The position numbers and the translations under genes are program-made. Shown here piece after piece: positions 1 to 11,742 of a stretch of DNA of 59,579 nucleotides. How positions within the stretch are numbered: the stretch's first letter is position 1; each line of letters starts with the position of its first letter. Source of the DNA: Reclinomonas americana ATCC 50394 (Eukaryota); NCBI GenBank assembly GCA_048213135.1, contig PS015122.1, positions 220,981 to 280,559 of the forward strand, read 5' to 3'. The notes under the pieces are model-generated. The model was not told where the DNA came from and made no database searches. It worked only from the letters and a program-made list of their open reading frames with translations.

Positions 1-2024
1 CCAGTGCCTCTTGTACCAAATTCGTATCGGGGCGACTGAGCTGCGCCAGAGAGACGCGCAGTGGCAAGCGAGCCGCACTTGATTCGCGCCACTGCTGCCA
101 CGCCCAATGCGTCAGCACCGACATACTCGTCGTCTTGCCGGCCCCGCTGTCACCCAGCAACGCCAACACCCGGCATTGCTGATCGTTGATAAAGGCCTCA
201 ATCTGTCGATTTTATAGAAGGCACAGTCTCCAAGTAAGTTCAATGTACAGGAGCACACTGGCAAATGACAGCACGCACCTCTCCGCGCAGCTCACGTGGC
301 ACCTCCTCATGGCCGGAGATGCGTGGCGTCGCGGTGCACCGCAGCGGCACGTACATCATCATCTCCTTTTGCATGTCTTTGTTTTCTGAGTAGAACGCCA
401 GTTCACGCTCGCACAGTTGTTGCAGTTGAGCATGCAGATCAGAGATGAGACGCCCAATTGGTGCTGAGGGAGGATGAGAGGCGTGAGGACAGCATCAATG
501 GGAGACGCAAGGCACGCAGAGTGCACACACCGGTGCGTATGTCTTGCAGTTGCTTGATAACACGGTTCAGGTCGCCCAGCAGTTGCAGCTGGCGAACAAG
601 CCGAAACAGAGAGCCTTCGCTACTGCCGCTGCCGAGGAGCTCACGCACTTCTCGGTCGTGTGCGATAAACGTCTCACGATGGAAGACAGAGTTGCGAATT
701 TCACGCAGCTCGGCGATGCATGCCCGCTGCGACACCACAGGAGATGGTGTCAGCCGAAGCCTCAGTCGACATTAATGTGCTCACTCACCTCCATCTTGGA
801 CTCTATCACCATCCACTTGTTCTTCCCGCTGCCCGCGAGACCCGCATGCAGGAGAACCGAGGCAACCATGGTCACGTCCCACGTCTCACAGCTCGGCGAC
901 GCCTTCGGATTCGAGTCGTACGCCCTCCTCCACGCCTCGATCGACGGCCACACATCGGCGTGAAGTTTTACACAGTGTCCATCTGGTTTGTGACTGCAGC
1001 GCACGGACAGAGAGAAAAGTTTGACATGCCAGGTCGATGGAGAGTGAGACAAGAGACGATACGCACCTTGCAGGAATGTCTCTTGTGTTCAGATGCAGCC
1101 AGTTCATCACGTCAAAGTCGCCACGATGCTTGCGCGCAAAGTCAAACAGGCCGCGTTGCACACGAAGCTGCAGTGCACGGGCCACCACACTCAGTGCCGC
1201 CACCAAACGGATAAAATTCCCCGGCCTGCGTGGATGTGTGTGTGTGTCTCTCCGAGTGAGTGGCAGCGCTGCACACGTACTCTTGTGCAGAACACGCAAT
1301 CGTACCCCGTGTTGCTCGCAGTCTCTGCCGGCCCCGCCGCCGCGCTCTTTGCAGCAGTCACCGCAGGCGGAGTGAATGGTTCTTCTTCGCCATCGACACC
1401 CCATTCAGCAGCGTCAAAGGTTGGCATTGGTGTTGGGCTGTATAGGAAGTGATGATGAAGTGAGTGAGGATAGAGACAGAAGCCACGCATACCAGCAAGA
1501 GACAGCGACAAGAAGCGTGTTCTGAGACTCCTCGCAGCGGGACATGCACATTCACACGCAGGATGAAACCTGTCACAATAAGCACACACGCACACACAAA
1601 CCTTCCCGTCTGCTGCTGTGTGACCACCTCCATCTCAAACGTGGTTTCGTCGCACACTCCGAGGGCGGCTAGCGGCACTCTTGCCGCCAAGTCCAACTGA
1701 TACGGCATCGGCTTGATGATGCGGTCGACATCCAACGTTGGATCTCCGCACTCTCTTCTCAAGATGGTGCACGCGCGTGCAAGCACTTGTCCAAGTGTGT
1801 CGAGTGCGCGGACATCGACCACGGTCACCGGGCGCAGTGTGGTGAGAGACGAGCTCCGAGTGCTGCTGGCGACAAAGTGCACGGCAAAGGTGCGATCCTG
1901 CAGGGGAGGAAGGTGGAGGAAAAGGAGGTGGGCACACAAAGGGAGAAGGGGGGAGGGAGCAAGAGCTCACCATGACTGCGTCAAGAAAGATTTGTTCCAG
2001 GCGGGACTTGCATGACACAAACAT
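1..2024 (-). CDS. NLR-like STAND protein: ubiquitin-like domain + DZIP3-type HEPN + NACHT NTPase (3' truncated by window edge)
   Basis: Frame-consistent GT-AG exons give ...GNFIRLVAALSVVARALQ...WDVTMVASVLLH...IAELREIRNSVFHRE (R-x4-H at 679-696), then YVPLRC...IEAFINDQQCRVLALLGDSGAGKTT (Walker A at 131-154)...LPLRVSLAQLSRPDTNLVQEAL. Start is either 2024 or the ATG at the first donor (~1973). Confidence 0.8.
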
Positions 2025-2074
2025 GCACGTGACGGACTTCTCATAACCTCGGGCTCATCTTCTGTTTCTTTATT

Positions 2075-4599
2075 CTAACCATTGGCGGCGATGAGACGAT
2101 CGAGGATCCACAGCTTCCACCGTCGCCACGCACGCATTAATCTCCGATACAGTGGCTGCAGGTTGAGCGTGTACTCGAACAGTGTGATGACACTGAAGAG
2201 CGTCAGGCCAAAGTTGACGCGGTGCTTCACGCGCCATCTGTGCGGTGATAATGATGGTGCCGGTGGTGGTGGTGGTGGTGACAGCGGTCCGCCGGGTGGC
2301 GATGGGCTGAGACTGGGCAGGGTGTCGGCATCCGCCACCGGTGCCAGCCTGAACGAGTCGAGGAGGGATGTGGTGGCGGGTTTCGCGGCTGCCGGAGGTA
2401 ATGAGGCGGCAGCCGCTGCTGGTTGTGGTGGTGGTGGTGGTGGTGGCGACGTTGGCGGTGACGACGCAAGGCGCTTGTGGTGCAGATCGAGAACAATCCA
2501 GAAGAGAAAGGCGTCGCAGCCCCAGGTGACCTCCAGTGGCACGCGCAGCACCGGCTGCAACGCACCCTGTCGACGTTTTGAGCGCTTGAGAAACACCTGG
2601 AAAAACGTGCTGTGATACGGTGAAGGAGGGTGTCAGTCCAGAGCGACAACGTGGATAGCACAAGTCGAGGGGCGCGCACCGCAGCTGAATCCCCTCGGCC
2701 AGCTGCAGCATGTTTTCGGCGACCTTTTTGCGCAGAAATGACTTGACCCTGGCGGGAGAGAACAAGAGCAGTGAGCTCACGCATCGCCGACACAAGTGCT
2801 GATGAGCAGTAACCGTTGCGTGTTGGGCGGCCACACGGTCGAGCGCAGGCTGTGCTCCATCATGGCGGCCTGCAGATCGAGCCAGTAGCGCAGCACACGC
2901 GAAACCTGGTGAATAATGTTGCGCACGCGATCGACCACCTGCACGATATAGGCACGTGTCAGTCTGCCTTTCAAGGCTGCATCCATCGCCACATGAACGC
3001 AACATGCAGTGCGCCAGGTCCCGAGCTCAACTGCGTCGCAAGGTGAGCGGAGAGACACGGATCGGCGTGACACGTGGGAGCTGACGCACTTTCATCTCGT
3101 CGGGCAGCTCCTTTTGCATCACGGGTGGAAACGGTAGCTCGACGATCTTCCCAACCCATAACAAAGAGATGAGCTCGTGAGGTGAATGCAAACTGCAAAC
3201 GCGCAGGTCTTACATCTTCGCGCTCCTGCTCCTCGACACTCTGTAATGATTCCTCGTACTTGCGGCGGCGGTCGTCGGAAAACTTGCAGATGGACCACGA
3301 CTTGGCCACACCGAGAATGTACCGGCCCATGCGAGAGAGAAGCTCCACACGATAACCTGCAGTTTGGGTGAAGGGGATGGTGGGAACAGAGAAGTGAAAC
3401 AGATGTGAAAAGGAGATAAGAAGGAGCAGCTGGCCTTCAAGACCAAGAGACTCTTTCTTTCTGTCCCCGTCCAAACCTTGACTCTCGCCGCTCAGCGACA
3501 TGGTCGAGTAGGGTGACAACAGATTGGTGATCGCACCCACCACATCGATTGTCTCGCTGTGACATTGTAGTGTGAGCACTCGCGATCACACTTCACGCGC
3601 CAAGCTGCATGCGCACACGCAACAGTGCCGACATCCACTTGGGAGCGGTGAACGATCGCCGCACTCGCACATGGTGATTCACTCGGCGCAGTCGCGTCGT
3701 GTACTCGACATTGGTCGTCGCTATGTGTTGCCAGTGAGGTTTCGTTCTGACCTGCCTCTCCACTTGTCAATAGCCACCACTCACTCACCCGTGTATGGTC
3801 CCCACTTGCCGGCCAGCGAGTTGCCAATGAGAAAGTACGGAATCGTCTGCGTTAGTAGGTTGCCGAAGCGACGCTGCCACTGATCGGTGGCATACGACGT
3901 GGTCGGCTCGCCAAACTGTTCCTCCGTGCCGGAACGAGCCAGGTTGCGTGCATGCACGCTAAAGACGCCTGGTGACACGCTTCAGCGCCCGCAGCACACG
4001 AGGCTGAAAAATTGACTGTGACACTCACCCTTGACGTTCTCCACCTCGCGTGCCCGGGCCACCAGGCGCAAGGCCAAACGCTGCAGCAACATGAAGAGAC
4101 TCCATCCACGCGGAGGATCCAGACTGAACAGAGAGCGCAGGTACCTGCACACTGCTGTTGAGAAGAGAGAGAGAATCGCTGTGCCTGTCTCCCCCCACTG
4201 GCGTGTTGAAACACAACTCAATCAGAGGAATGCCGCGGCTGAGGGCGTCGCGGACCGACTCCAAGTCGGCGACCGAGTAGTGGTACTCCTGCGTGAGGCA
4301 ATGAGACAACAACATGAACAGTGGAATGATCATCCATTCAGCAGACCATGCCCACTCCGTAGCTGCGATGCCCCTCGCTCTGAATGTAACTGTGTGTGTG
4401 CATATGTGAGTGTGCACACACATGGAGACAGATAGACAGAGTGCGAGTCGTGTTGTTGAACACACCACAAAGGAACCTCCACATTGGCCTTTGGTTTGCA
4501 TCGCAGGGCGAGATCGATCTCGGCGTGGCTCAAGTCCCACGGATTGGCGGCATGCTGGCTTTCCCAGTTGAGCTTGGCATGGAAGCGCTCGACTTCCAT
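2075..4599 (-). CDS. Hypothetical multi-exon protein with a Pro/Ala-rich stretch and a hydrophobic segment near the C-terminus
   Basis: Chain of GT-AG bounded exons from MEVERFHAKLNW to FGLTLFSVITLFEY...IAANG*. No family recognised; could be more than one gene. Confidence 0.45.
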
Positions 4600-4754
4600 T
4601 GCCCTGTGGCTCACCGAGGGAGCACGAGGGGTGAAGGAAGGACGAGATGACTGCGCAGGACGCGAAGTACGACAAGAAAGTTCTCAGCGGAGCTACATGC
4701 CCGGATACGAGCAGTATTCTTTATAGAGCAGCTGAGAAAGAATGCCAGCTGCTG

Positions 4755-7237
4755 TCAGGCATCATGGTCCGCATCTGGCAGCTCCGGGTGGAACTTGCGC
4801 ACCGTTTCCCACATGGCCACTGCGAGCTGCTGGTTGGTATGGTGACGAGCAGACAGTATTGCGTGCATACGAACCACGCAAGTCGCGAACGCCCAGCTCG
4901 TGAATTGCGGCTTCGAACAAGAACTCTTCATCGAGTCCTTCCGGAGGCCGTGCGGGTTGCTTTTTTACAGCAGATGGCGGTGCATGGTGAGAGAGTGATG
5001 GGCAAAGCTCCCACGACGCAACAATAAGTCACACGCAACATCGTGCACGTCCACCACCAGCTGTCGGATGGGGTTGAAATAGGCATGGTCCAGCACCTCT
5101 TCCAGCGAGCACCGGTCATCCGGGATGAACTGCCGCCATGTAAGCATGTATGGCCGGTGATACAGCTTCTCTCTCTGCTCTCACGCCTCTCACCTTGAGA
5201 ATTTTTCCGATCAGGTCAAGTGCTGTTGGGGAACGTGAGTGCCACGAACAGGAGAAGCAGCGTGCCGCCACACACCGTCAGCAGGGCAACCGGGCAGCAA
5301 CGCTGGCCAACCGGGAGGCACGCAGATGGGTCGTCGGCGAAACCAGCTGCCCATGGCCTCGGCATACTCGCCCTGCGTGCTGCCGATGATCCATTCCCTC
5401 ATCCTCTCATCGAAGCCGACCTTGCGCATGATCTCGAGGATCTGGTGGGTCTCTGCATGCAACACGCTGAGCAGGGTGCACACGAGGAGGGAAACCTTGT
5501 CCCTCACCTGTTTGGCCGTCCAGCACCGGTTCGTATACGTCGTAATCTGCAGTCGCAATCGTGAGACGAACACGACACCTCGTGGGATGAACAAACTGAG
5601 AGAAGACAAGGCAAACCTGTGTCTGGTCTGCGCTGCACAACGAATGCCACGGTGAGCCATGCGAAAGGTAGATCATAGAGTGATTGAGAGAATACTCACC
5701 ACCAGCTTCTCAAAGTTGTACATGCGCGCGAGAATGCAACCTGACACGGTCAAGTGAGCGTGAGTAGACCGTCACACACCGAAAGGAGAAAGAAAAACAC
5801 GCACCGTAGCTCCACAAGTCGAGTGTAGGCGAGAAGGAGAAAAATAGAAAGCAGTGTCAGCAGTTGAGATCATTGCAAGAGACGGCGTCTGCAAGTCACA
5901 TATCTCGGTGGTCGTAGGGCGCTCGCGCAAGAACCTCCGGAGCACCTGTACAAGGGGTGTGACGATGACATTCTCTGATCGGGCGACAACGAATAGACAA
6001 CGCAACGGTAGGTCAATGTTTGTACGAGCGGTGTGTGCTTGTCGCCGGCGCCTGGGTTCTCGAGCATCATGCGTGACAAACCGAGGTCGCACACCTGTCA
6101 ACCTAGGTGAGGAGTGACCAGACGGCGGCACACACCCGTCGTGTTCCGGCTAGCTTACCTTGGCGCCAAGCTTCCCATCATCCCGTGTGAACAGCAGGAC
6201 ATTCTTTGCCGTACTGCACACAGCGGCTGGTGAGCGCACCGAGTACACGACAGTGCTTTCCGTGACCAGCAGTCACGCAACAGATCACGATGGAGAATGT
6301 TTGCGTCGCGCAGATACTGCAGCGCCTTGGCCATGTCGTACATGATCAGACGCCGGTTTGTCTCGCTGCGCTCGTCACTTGCTGGACCAAGGCAGTGAGG
6401 ACCCATTGAACTGCAGGCGCGAGCCATCAGAAGTTGAAAGGAGACAACGGTGGTGGTGCTCAGGGACGCAACGCCTCCAGTGAACCGCCGTCGACCAGCT
6501 CCGTGATGATGTAGACCTCCTGGAAATCCGCAAAGCGTGGACTTGGCGGTTTGAGGTCGAGCAAGCGCATGATCTGTGAACATTACAAGGGTGAGGTAGT
6601 GGCGATGGGTGTGAGAGTAGAGACCGACGACGCAACATTCGGGTGGAATACACGTGACAACAGTCGAAGCTCACGGAGCAGGCTGCAGAAGCGACATGAG
6701 ACCGATGGGGGGGCGATGAGGTGAGGCATGGAAGATGAGTAGCTGCCGTTGGACGTAGACTTTGGCACACTGGTGACTGTCGCACATGTCAGCGTCAACA
6801 CGAGAGACAGGCAAACAGATGGAGAGAGACGAAACTCCAAACGAAGAGACACACGCTAGAGGGGTCAAAGCCACATTCGTCAGTGACAATACCAACGCCT
6901 GACAGCAGAGAGAAGCCTCACCTTGACAGCCACCTCCAGCCTGCCATCATGTTCGGAAAAAATGCAAGACAACTGAGCGCCAGGAAAAGTCAGGAGACGA
7001 AGGTAGAAAGAGCATCAGACCTAGCTCTTCGACACTGTCCATCTGTGTGTGTGAGCAGTGGTGAGAGAGAGACAGGGAGAGAGATAATGTCAGATGCGAT
7101 CGTTTCTCAATGGTATTCAAGCAAGCAATCGCTGCGTAACACTGCATCGCACGCACACACAGTCAGTCAACGCAGATGCATCACCACTGGCCACACAACG
7201 CAACTGCTCCGCCACCGAGGAAACCTTCCTCAGTCAT
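4755..7237 (-). CDS. Atypical MAPK-like (CMGC) Ser/Thr kinase
   Basis: Spliced motifs FLGGGA, EVAVKR, LLRELRLL..HPN, ILHRDLTAKNVLL, VCDLGLSR, TPLVQTLTYRAPE, YDHRVDLWSYGCILA, DGQTETHQILEI, ALDLIGKILKF, VLDHAYF, and a MAPK-like tail EEFLFE...WETVRKFHPE. 5' exons are not fully resolved. Confidence 0.8.
5823..5903 (-). other. AT-AC intron (81 nt) with U2-like signals
   Basis: CAC CGA G|ATATGTGA...CTGAC...CCTACAC|TC GAC TTG TGG restores HRVDLW. No usable AG precedes DLW, and retention hits an in-frame TGA. Confidence 0.75.
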
Positions 7238-7504
7238 GTCGACAACACATTGAGCACCGACTGGCCACTCCTACATGCACGCAACCACCGAGTCAGGCGA
7301 ACGAAGGAGGGAGGGAGAGGAGAGANNNNNNNNNNNNNNNNNNNNNNNNNNNNNNNNNNNNNNNNNNNNNNNNNNNNNNNNNNNNNNNNNNNNNNNNNNN
7401 NNNNNNNNNNNNNNNNNNNNNNNNNNNNNNNNNNNNNNNNNNCGGAAGGGGGCGATAGACAACTCCGCGCAGTTTCTCCGATCCCCTGACTCGTGACAGC
7501 GTAG

Positions 7505-7993
7505 GCACTGAAAGCTCCGGACTGCGACGAACTCCTGTTGCACGAGGCGGCGACGGGGGCGATTCTGGAGGGCTCGCAGACCAACTTTTATGCGCTGTAC
7601 GATCACGACTCGGTGTTGCGGACGGCCGGCGAGGGCATCCTGGAGGGCACCGTGCGACGTGTGGTGCTGGAGGTGTGCGAACGCGAGGGCATTCCAGTCG
7701 ATCTCTCACCACCGCTGTTGAGCGAGATGGACCGGGTTCGTGCGTTCTTTGGGGAGCGCGTGGGTTTGTTGCTAATCTGTGTGGTGGTACTGCAGTGGTC
7801 GGGTGCGCTGATCAGTTCCACCTCGCGTCTGGCGCTGCCGATCGATGAAATCGCCGTGCCACAGGAGGGACAGCGAGTGACGGCCGACGACCCGCGTTGG
7901 CATTCGCCTGTATCATCACTGGCGCAGCGCATCTCGCAGTGGGTGGCCGAGGAGGTCGATGCACACAGCGAGTTGTTACCGCCGTCATCGTAA
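7505..7993 (+). CDS. Aminotransferase class IV (PLP fold IV; DAAT/BCAT/ADC-lyase-like), 3' part; 5' part in or before the N gap
   Basis: DELLL...GAILEGSQTNFY...GILEGTVRRVVLEVC...GALISSTSRLALPIDEI match the fold-IV EG..xNF and ILxGxxR motifs. Confidence 0.8.
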   Translation, partial: ALKAPDCDELLLHEAATGAILEGSQTNFYALYDHDSVLRTAGEGILEGTVRRVVLEVCEREGIPVDLSPPLLSEMDRVRAFFGERVGLLLICVVVLQWSGALISSTSRLALPIDEIAVPQEGQRVTADDPRWHSPVSSLAQRISQWVAEEVDAHSELLPPSS

Positions 7994-8019
7994 AAACAAA
8001 CAGGATGGCGATTCACTTA

Positions 8020-11000
8020 TTACTTGATTCCACCTCCGTTTGGGTGATGTCGCAGTCGCTGCGAGATGGCCTCGCACCAGTCGGCGCAACTTGCAGCGTC
8101 CTCGGCTGTGAACAGGAATACGCGACCGGGTGTCACCAGCTGCGATGATCCAGATGAGAAGGGATGAAAACGAAGCAAGAGCCACACGTCACCGACCTGC
8201 AGTGTGTTTGCGGCAGCACCAACGCGATCCGGAAACGCCAGCACGGTGCAGTCGCCGGCCTCTTGCAGTGAGATGGTGCGCAGCGGCTTGACCGCCCGCT
8301 CCGTTTTGAAATACGAGAGCGAGAATCTGTGCAGCACAAACCACCGCCGCTTCCAGTTCTTCACAAAGCCACCGCGCTTGCTCAGCCACCCTCTGCTCCC
8401 ATTCTCCGTCAGCACTCAATCCCCTGCAGTGCACAACCGAAAAAAGTAGACGCAGCTGCTTGTCAAACATGAGCGCCGTCGACCCGTGTCGTAATGGCTC
8501 GTCATCCACGTCTGCCGCCGCCGCCGCTGCCGACGATGTTGTCGTCGCAGCAGACCCCCTGTAACTCTGTGCACTGCTGGCAACCAACGCCACCTACGTG
8601 TGCGCAAGGTAAGTGCCAACACGTGCTTGCGGACGGATGGACAAAGACAAAGACGTGCCTCGGCCAGCGACACCTCGCGTCCATGTTTCCTGAAATACCG
8701 CGCGAGCTCAGCCGGCTGAAACAGCACGAGAGAGACGGGTGCTGGCGGAAGCAACTATTGTCGAATTGCACACACGCAGTGAGGCAGTGTAAGCGGACGA
8801 CTCACTGCATCGCTGCGCCTCACCGATCTTCTCAACAGCGGCAGCGACAGACCGAGTCGCCATGAACTGAGATCCTCATCGTGCATCTGTTGCGCCAGAG
8901 CGACGGCTCGCTCACGATGCCTCTCGCGCTCATCCGCCTCCTCGACCACGGTCGATACCAGCGTGTGCGACAAGACTGTGTGATTGATGAGCATCTAATC
9001 GTTTTTCTCACGCACCCACCTTGGTCACTCACCTAGCCACTGATCGACGGCCATCGGTACCGGCGACTCCACCAACTCACGCCGACGTGACAGCGTGTCC
9101 ACTGCATGCAGCAATGCATCTTCCTTTTCGTATCTTCCGCGACCTCGTGACGGTCGTGCCAAGGCACAAAAAATGCACGACACTGCCACCAGCACGTCGC
9201 CAGTTACCGAATCCACCGACGGATTGCGCGACACCAGTGCCGCTTGCCTGCATCCAGACAATTGTTTGTCACTAGAAGGACGGGGGGGCGCAGAAGCCCA
9301 TAGAACCTCACGCAACGTGCGGAAGCCCTCGGTCGCGTTCGAAAACTCGGCGCCAGCAAGAACATCCACCGGGTTTCCCATAACATCCACCAGCCGCGCT
9401 GTAGTCGCATGCGACGGGATGAGGAAGCTGAAGTGCGCAAGAGGAAGCTGCAGCAGCACCCATTCGCAACTTATTCTCTCCAAACCGTCGCCGAGAACAC
9501 TCATCAGCAACCGCGACGTCACAGCTGCATACATCATCATCGTCAGTACCGAGACGAAATAACCAGAGCACTGCTAATCGTACAAACCAAAGTAGAACAT
9601 GCATCGCAGCCAGGCGGCATCGTCTGTTCGACTCAATGTAGTGGCGTGCTGTGGGAAAGGGGGAAAAGGAGGTGAGCCGAAGCACAATGACAACATTTCG
9701 CGTCGGGCTGCGCACCTCGTCAAGCCGAGCCGACTGTTCGAGGAAAAACTGCGGATCACCAGCGCGTCAGCAAACAATGTCTTTCCCCACATTCTCCAAC
9801 AAAAGCACGCACTATTTCCAACGCGCCGGCGACCGCCGCGTTGGCATCCGGCGCCAGCAGCAACCACATGACCAGTCGATCGAGAAACTCGAACAGGACC
9901 TTGCCGTGTGCCATGCGCGCCATTTGCGATCCATCCAACACCACATCCCACGGCGATCGAGTCGGTGACCCCACCAGGCGCTGCCGAATCGACGATATGG
10001 TTGTCGGTGTGGATACCATGGACGCATCGTCGTCGTCATCCGCGTCCGCAACGCGCCGACTTCCACTCTCACGATAGCCCCAAAACGTACACGTCTCCAC
10101 CGGCACGTGCAGACCCATGGTGGCCGTCTCCACCTCCTTGCTTTGCAGACCTTGCAGGTCGTGGAACAGGGCCCCACAGTCGCGCACGAATTTGGCCAGC
10201 ATCAGGAGACCAGCCTGATGAGCGACAGGAGTGTGAGCGGCACACACGCAACAACGAGAGCGAAAATGCTGAAGAATACCTCGGGAAGAGCGCGCATCAC
10301 AGCACCACTGCCGCCGCCGCCGCTGTTGCTCGACAGTTGCTGCACGATGGAGAGCGACGAGGCGGAGACCAGCGCCAGCGCATCGTCATCAGACGCAGTA
10401 TGCACCGTCAAACCCAGTCGTTCCAGCGCGCTGTGCAGCATCCAAGCACACAGCCGCTCGAACCGTGCACGCACAAGCGCTCTCCGCGCACTCACAAGCT
10501 CCCACATTTGCTCCAGTGTAGAGTGCTGTTACAATGGGGTGAGGGGGTCTGCACGACACAACGCGGCGGCAATCGACAGTGCGCCGCAACTTCCATGGAC
10601 GCACCGCCGGCGGTCGCCGATCGGCCGAAATGCTCCATCTCATTCATGAGGAGCACGAGGATGTCGGTGGAAGGGCGCGACGAGATGGCAAGACCGCGTG
10701 GCGACCCGGTGGGTGACGCCAACTCATCGCTCTCCATCGACATGCTGTCGAGTTCCAGCTGTTGCGACAACTCCGGCATCACCAGCGTGTCACTCACCGT
10801 GCCGCCACCATCGCCACTCTCGGCAATCGCCTTCGTGGCCGTCAGCACATGCAACACGCCACGTTCACCGCGCTGTGCGGCCTCCCGCAACATCGGTGAC
10901 ACGCGCGCCACGTACTCCACCAGCGTCAGCGATCCAGGAGCCGGCGTGCCGTCGACAGCACCCGTGGCCATCACCAGCACATCAGTGGCCAGCAGCAGGC

Positions 11001-11428
11001 GACGATAGGTGAGTGAGATGTGCGGTGCTGAGCGCCACGACGCTCCTGCTGCCGCTGCTGCTCGTGACAATAGATGATCACTAACGAGAGATCTCACGAG
11101 AATGATGTCAACAACAATGACTGACTGACCAGTCGAGGCTCTGGGCGTTGCTGCACCGGCCGACGATGACGACAGCAGCAGCTCGTTGACCATGACCGCG
11201 TCTTGCTCGAGGAGGCACAAGCACCACAGTGAGTGTGGTCGCCCAGCGTTCTTGGCCAGACTGTTGTGTGGAGAATGATGACATGTGGATTGATGGATGA
11301 TCAACATCAAAGCAGAGGACGTACCCAATGGCGGCCTTACACGCCTCCACTGCTCTCAGCAGTGCCTCCGCGTACGCCGCAAAGCTCGCATGTGTGCCGG
11401 TCAGCGTCTGCACAGCAACTGCGGACAT
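8020..11428 (-). CDS. Large protein with a C-terminal PH domain
   Basis: KQGWLSKRGGFVKNWKRRWFVL...YFK...PLRTISL...LVTPGRVFLFTAEDAASCADWCEAI. I checked upstream joins in frame near 9000; the N-terminal extent is inferred. Confidence 0.75.
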
Positions 11429-11742
11429 TCATTCGCCGAGTGAGGAAAAGGAAGAAGGAGAGAGAGAGGCAAGGCGACCAACGCAACTCTGACAAAAGTC
11501 TTGCCAGGTGTACATTGCCTCTCTACAGCACAAGCCGCGACGAGGATCCAAAACACGTCCTGCGCGCAGCGATGCGAAGTTGCACACATTGATTACCACC
11601 GCCTTTGTGTCGCAGAGTACTGCCCACGGAACAGTGGGAAAACAAGCACGTCGCAGTACGTACCACACAGTGCAACAACAAAAACCACGCGCTGTCCTGT
11701 GAACAACACAACGTCGATCGCGTGATTGATTGCAAACAACGA

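Noticed and set aside
6856-6898. Frame reading VGIVTDECGFDPSS, resembling a CDK PSTAIRE lead-in
   Set aside because: Needs a 23-nt intron and a phase change; the segment fits better as intron (CACTGAC branch, TCTAG acceptor) giving EVAVK|RVSL.
6683-7205. Possible non-GT donors (CT, TT or GA) in the kinase 5' exons
   Set aside because: Alternative splice solutions exist or the model is unresolved; cannot be supported without cDNA.
9908-11008. Long + strand ORF (366 aa); similarly 22265-23026 and 57507-58463
   Set aside because: Antisense shadows of minus-strand genes in GC-rich DNA; no motifs.
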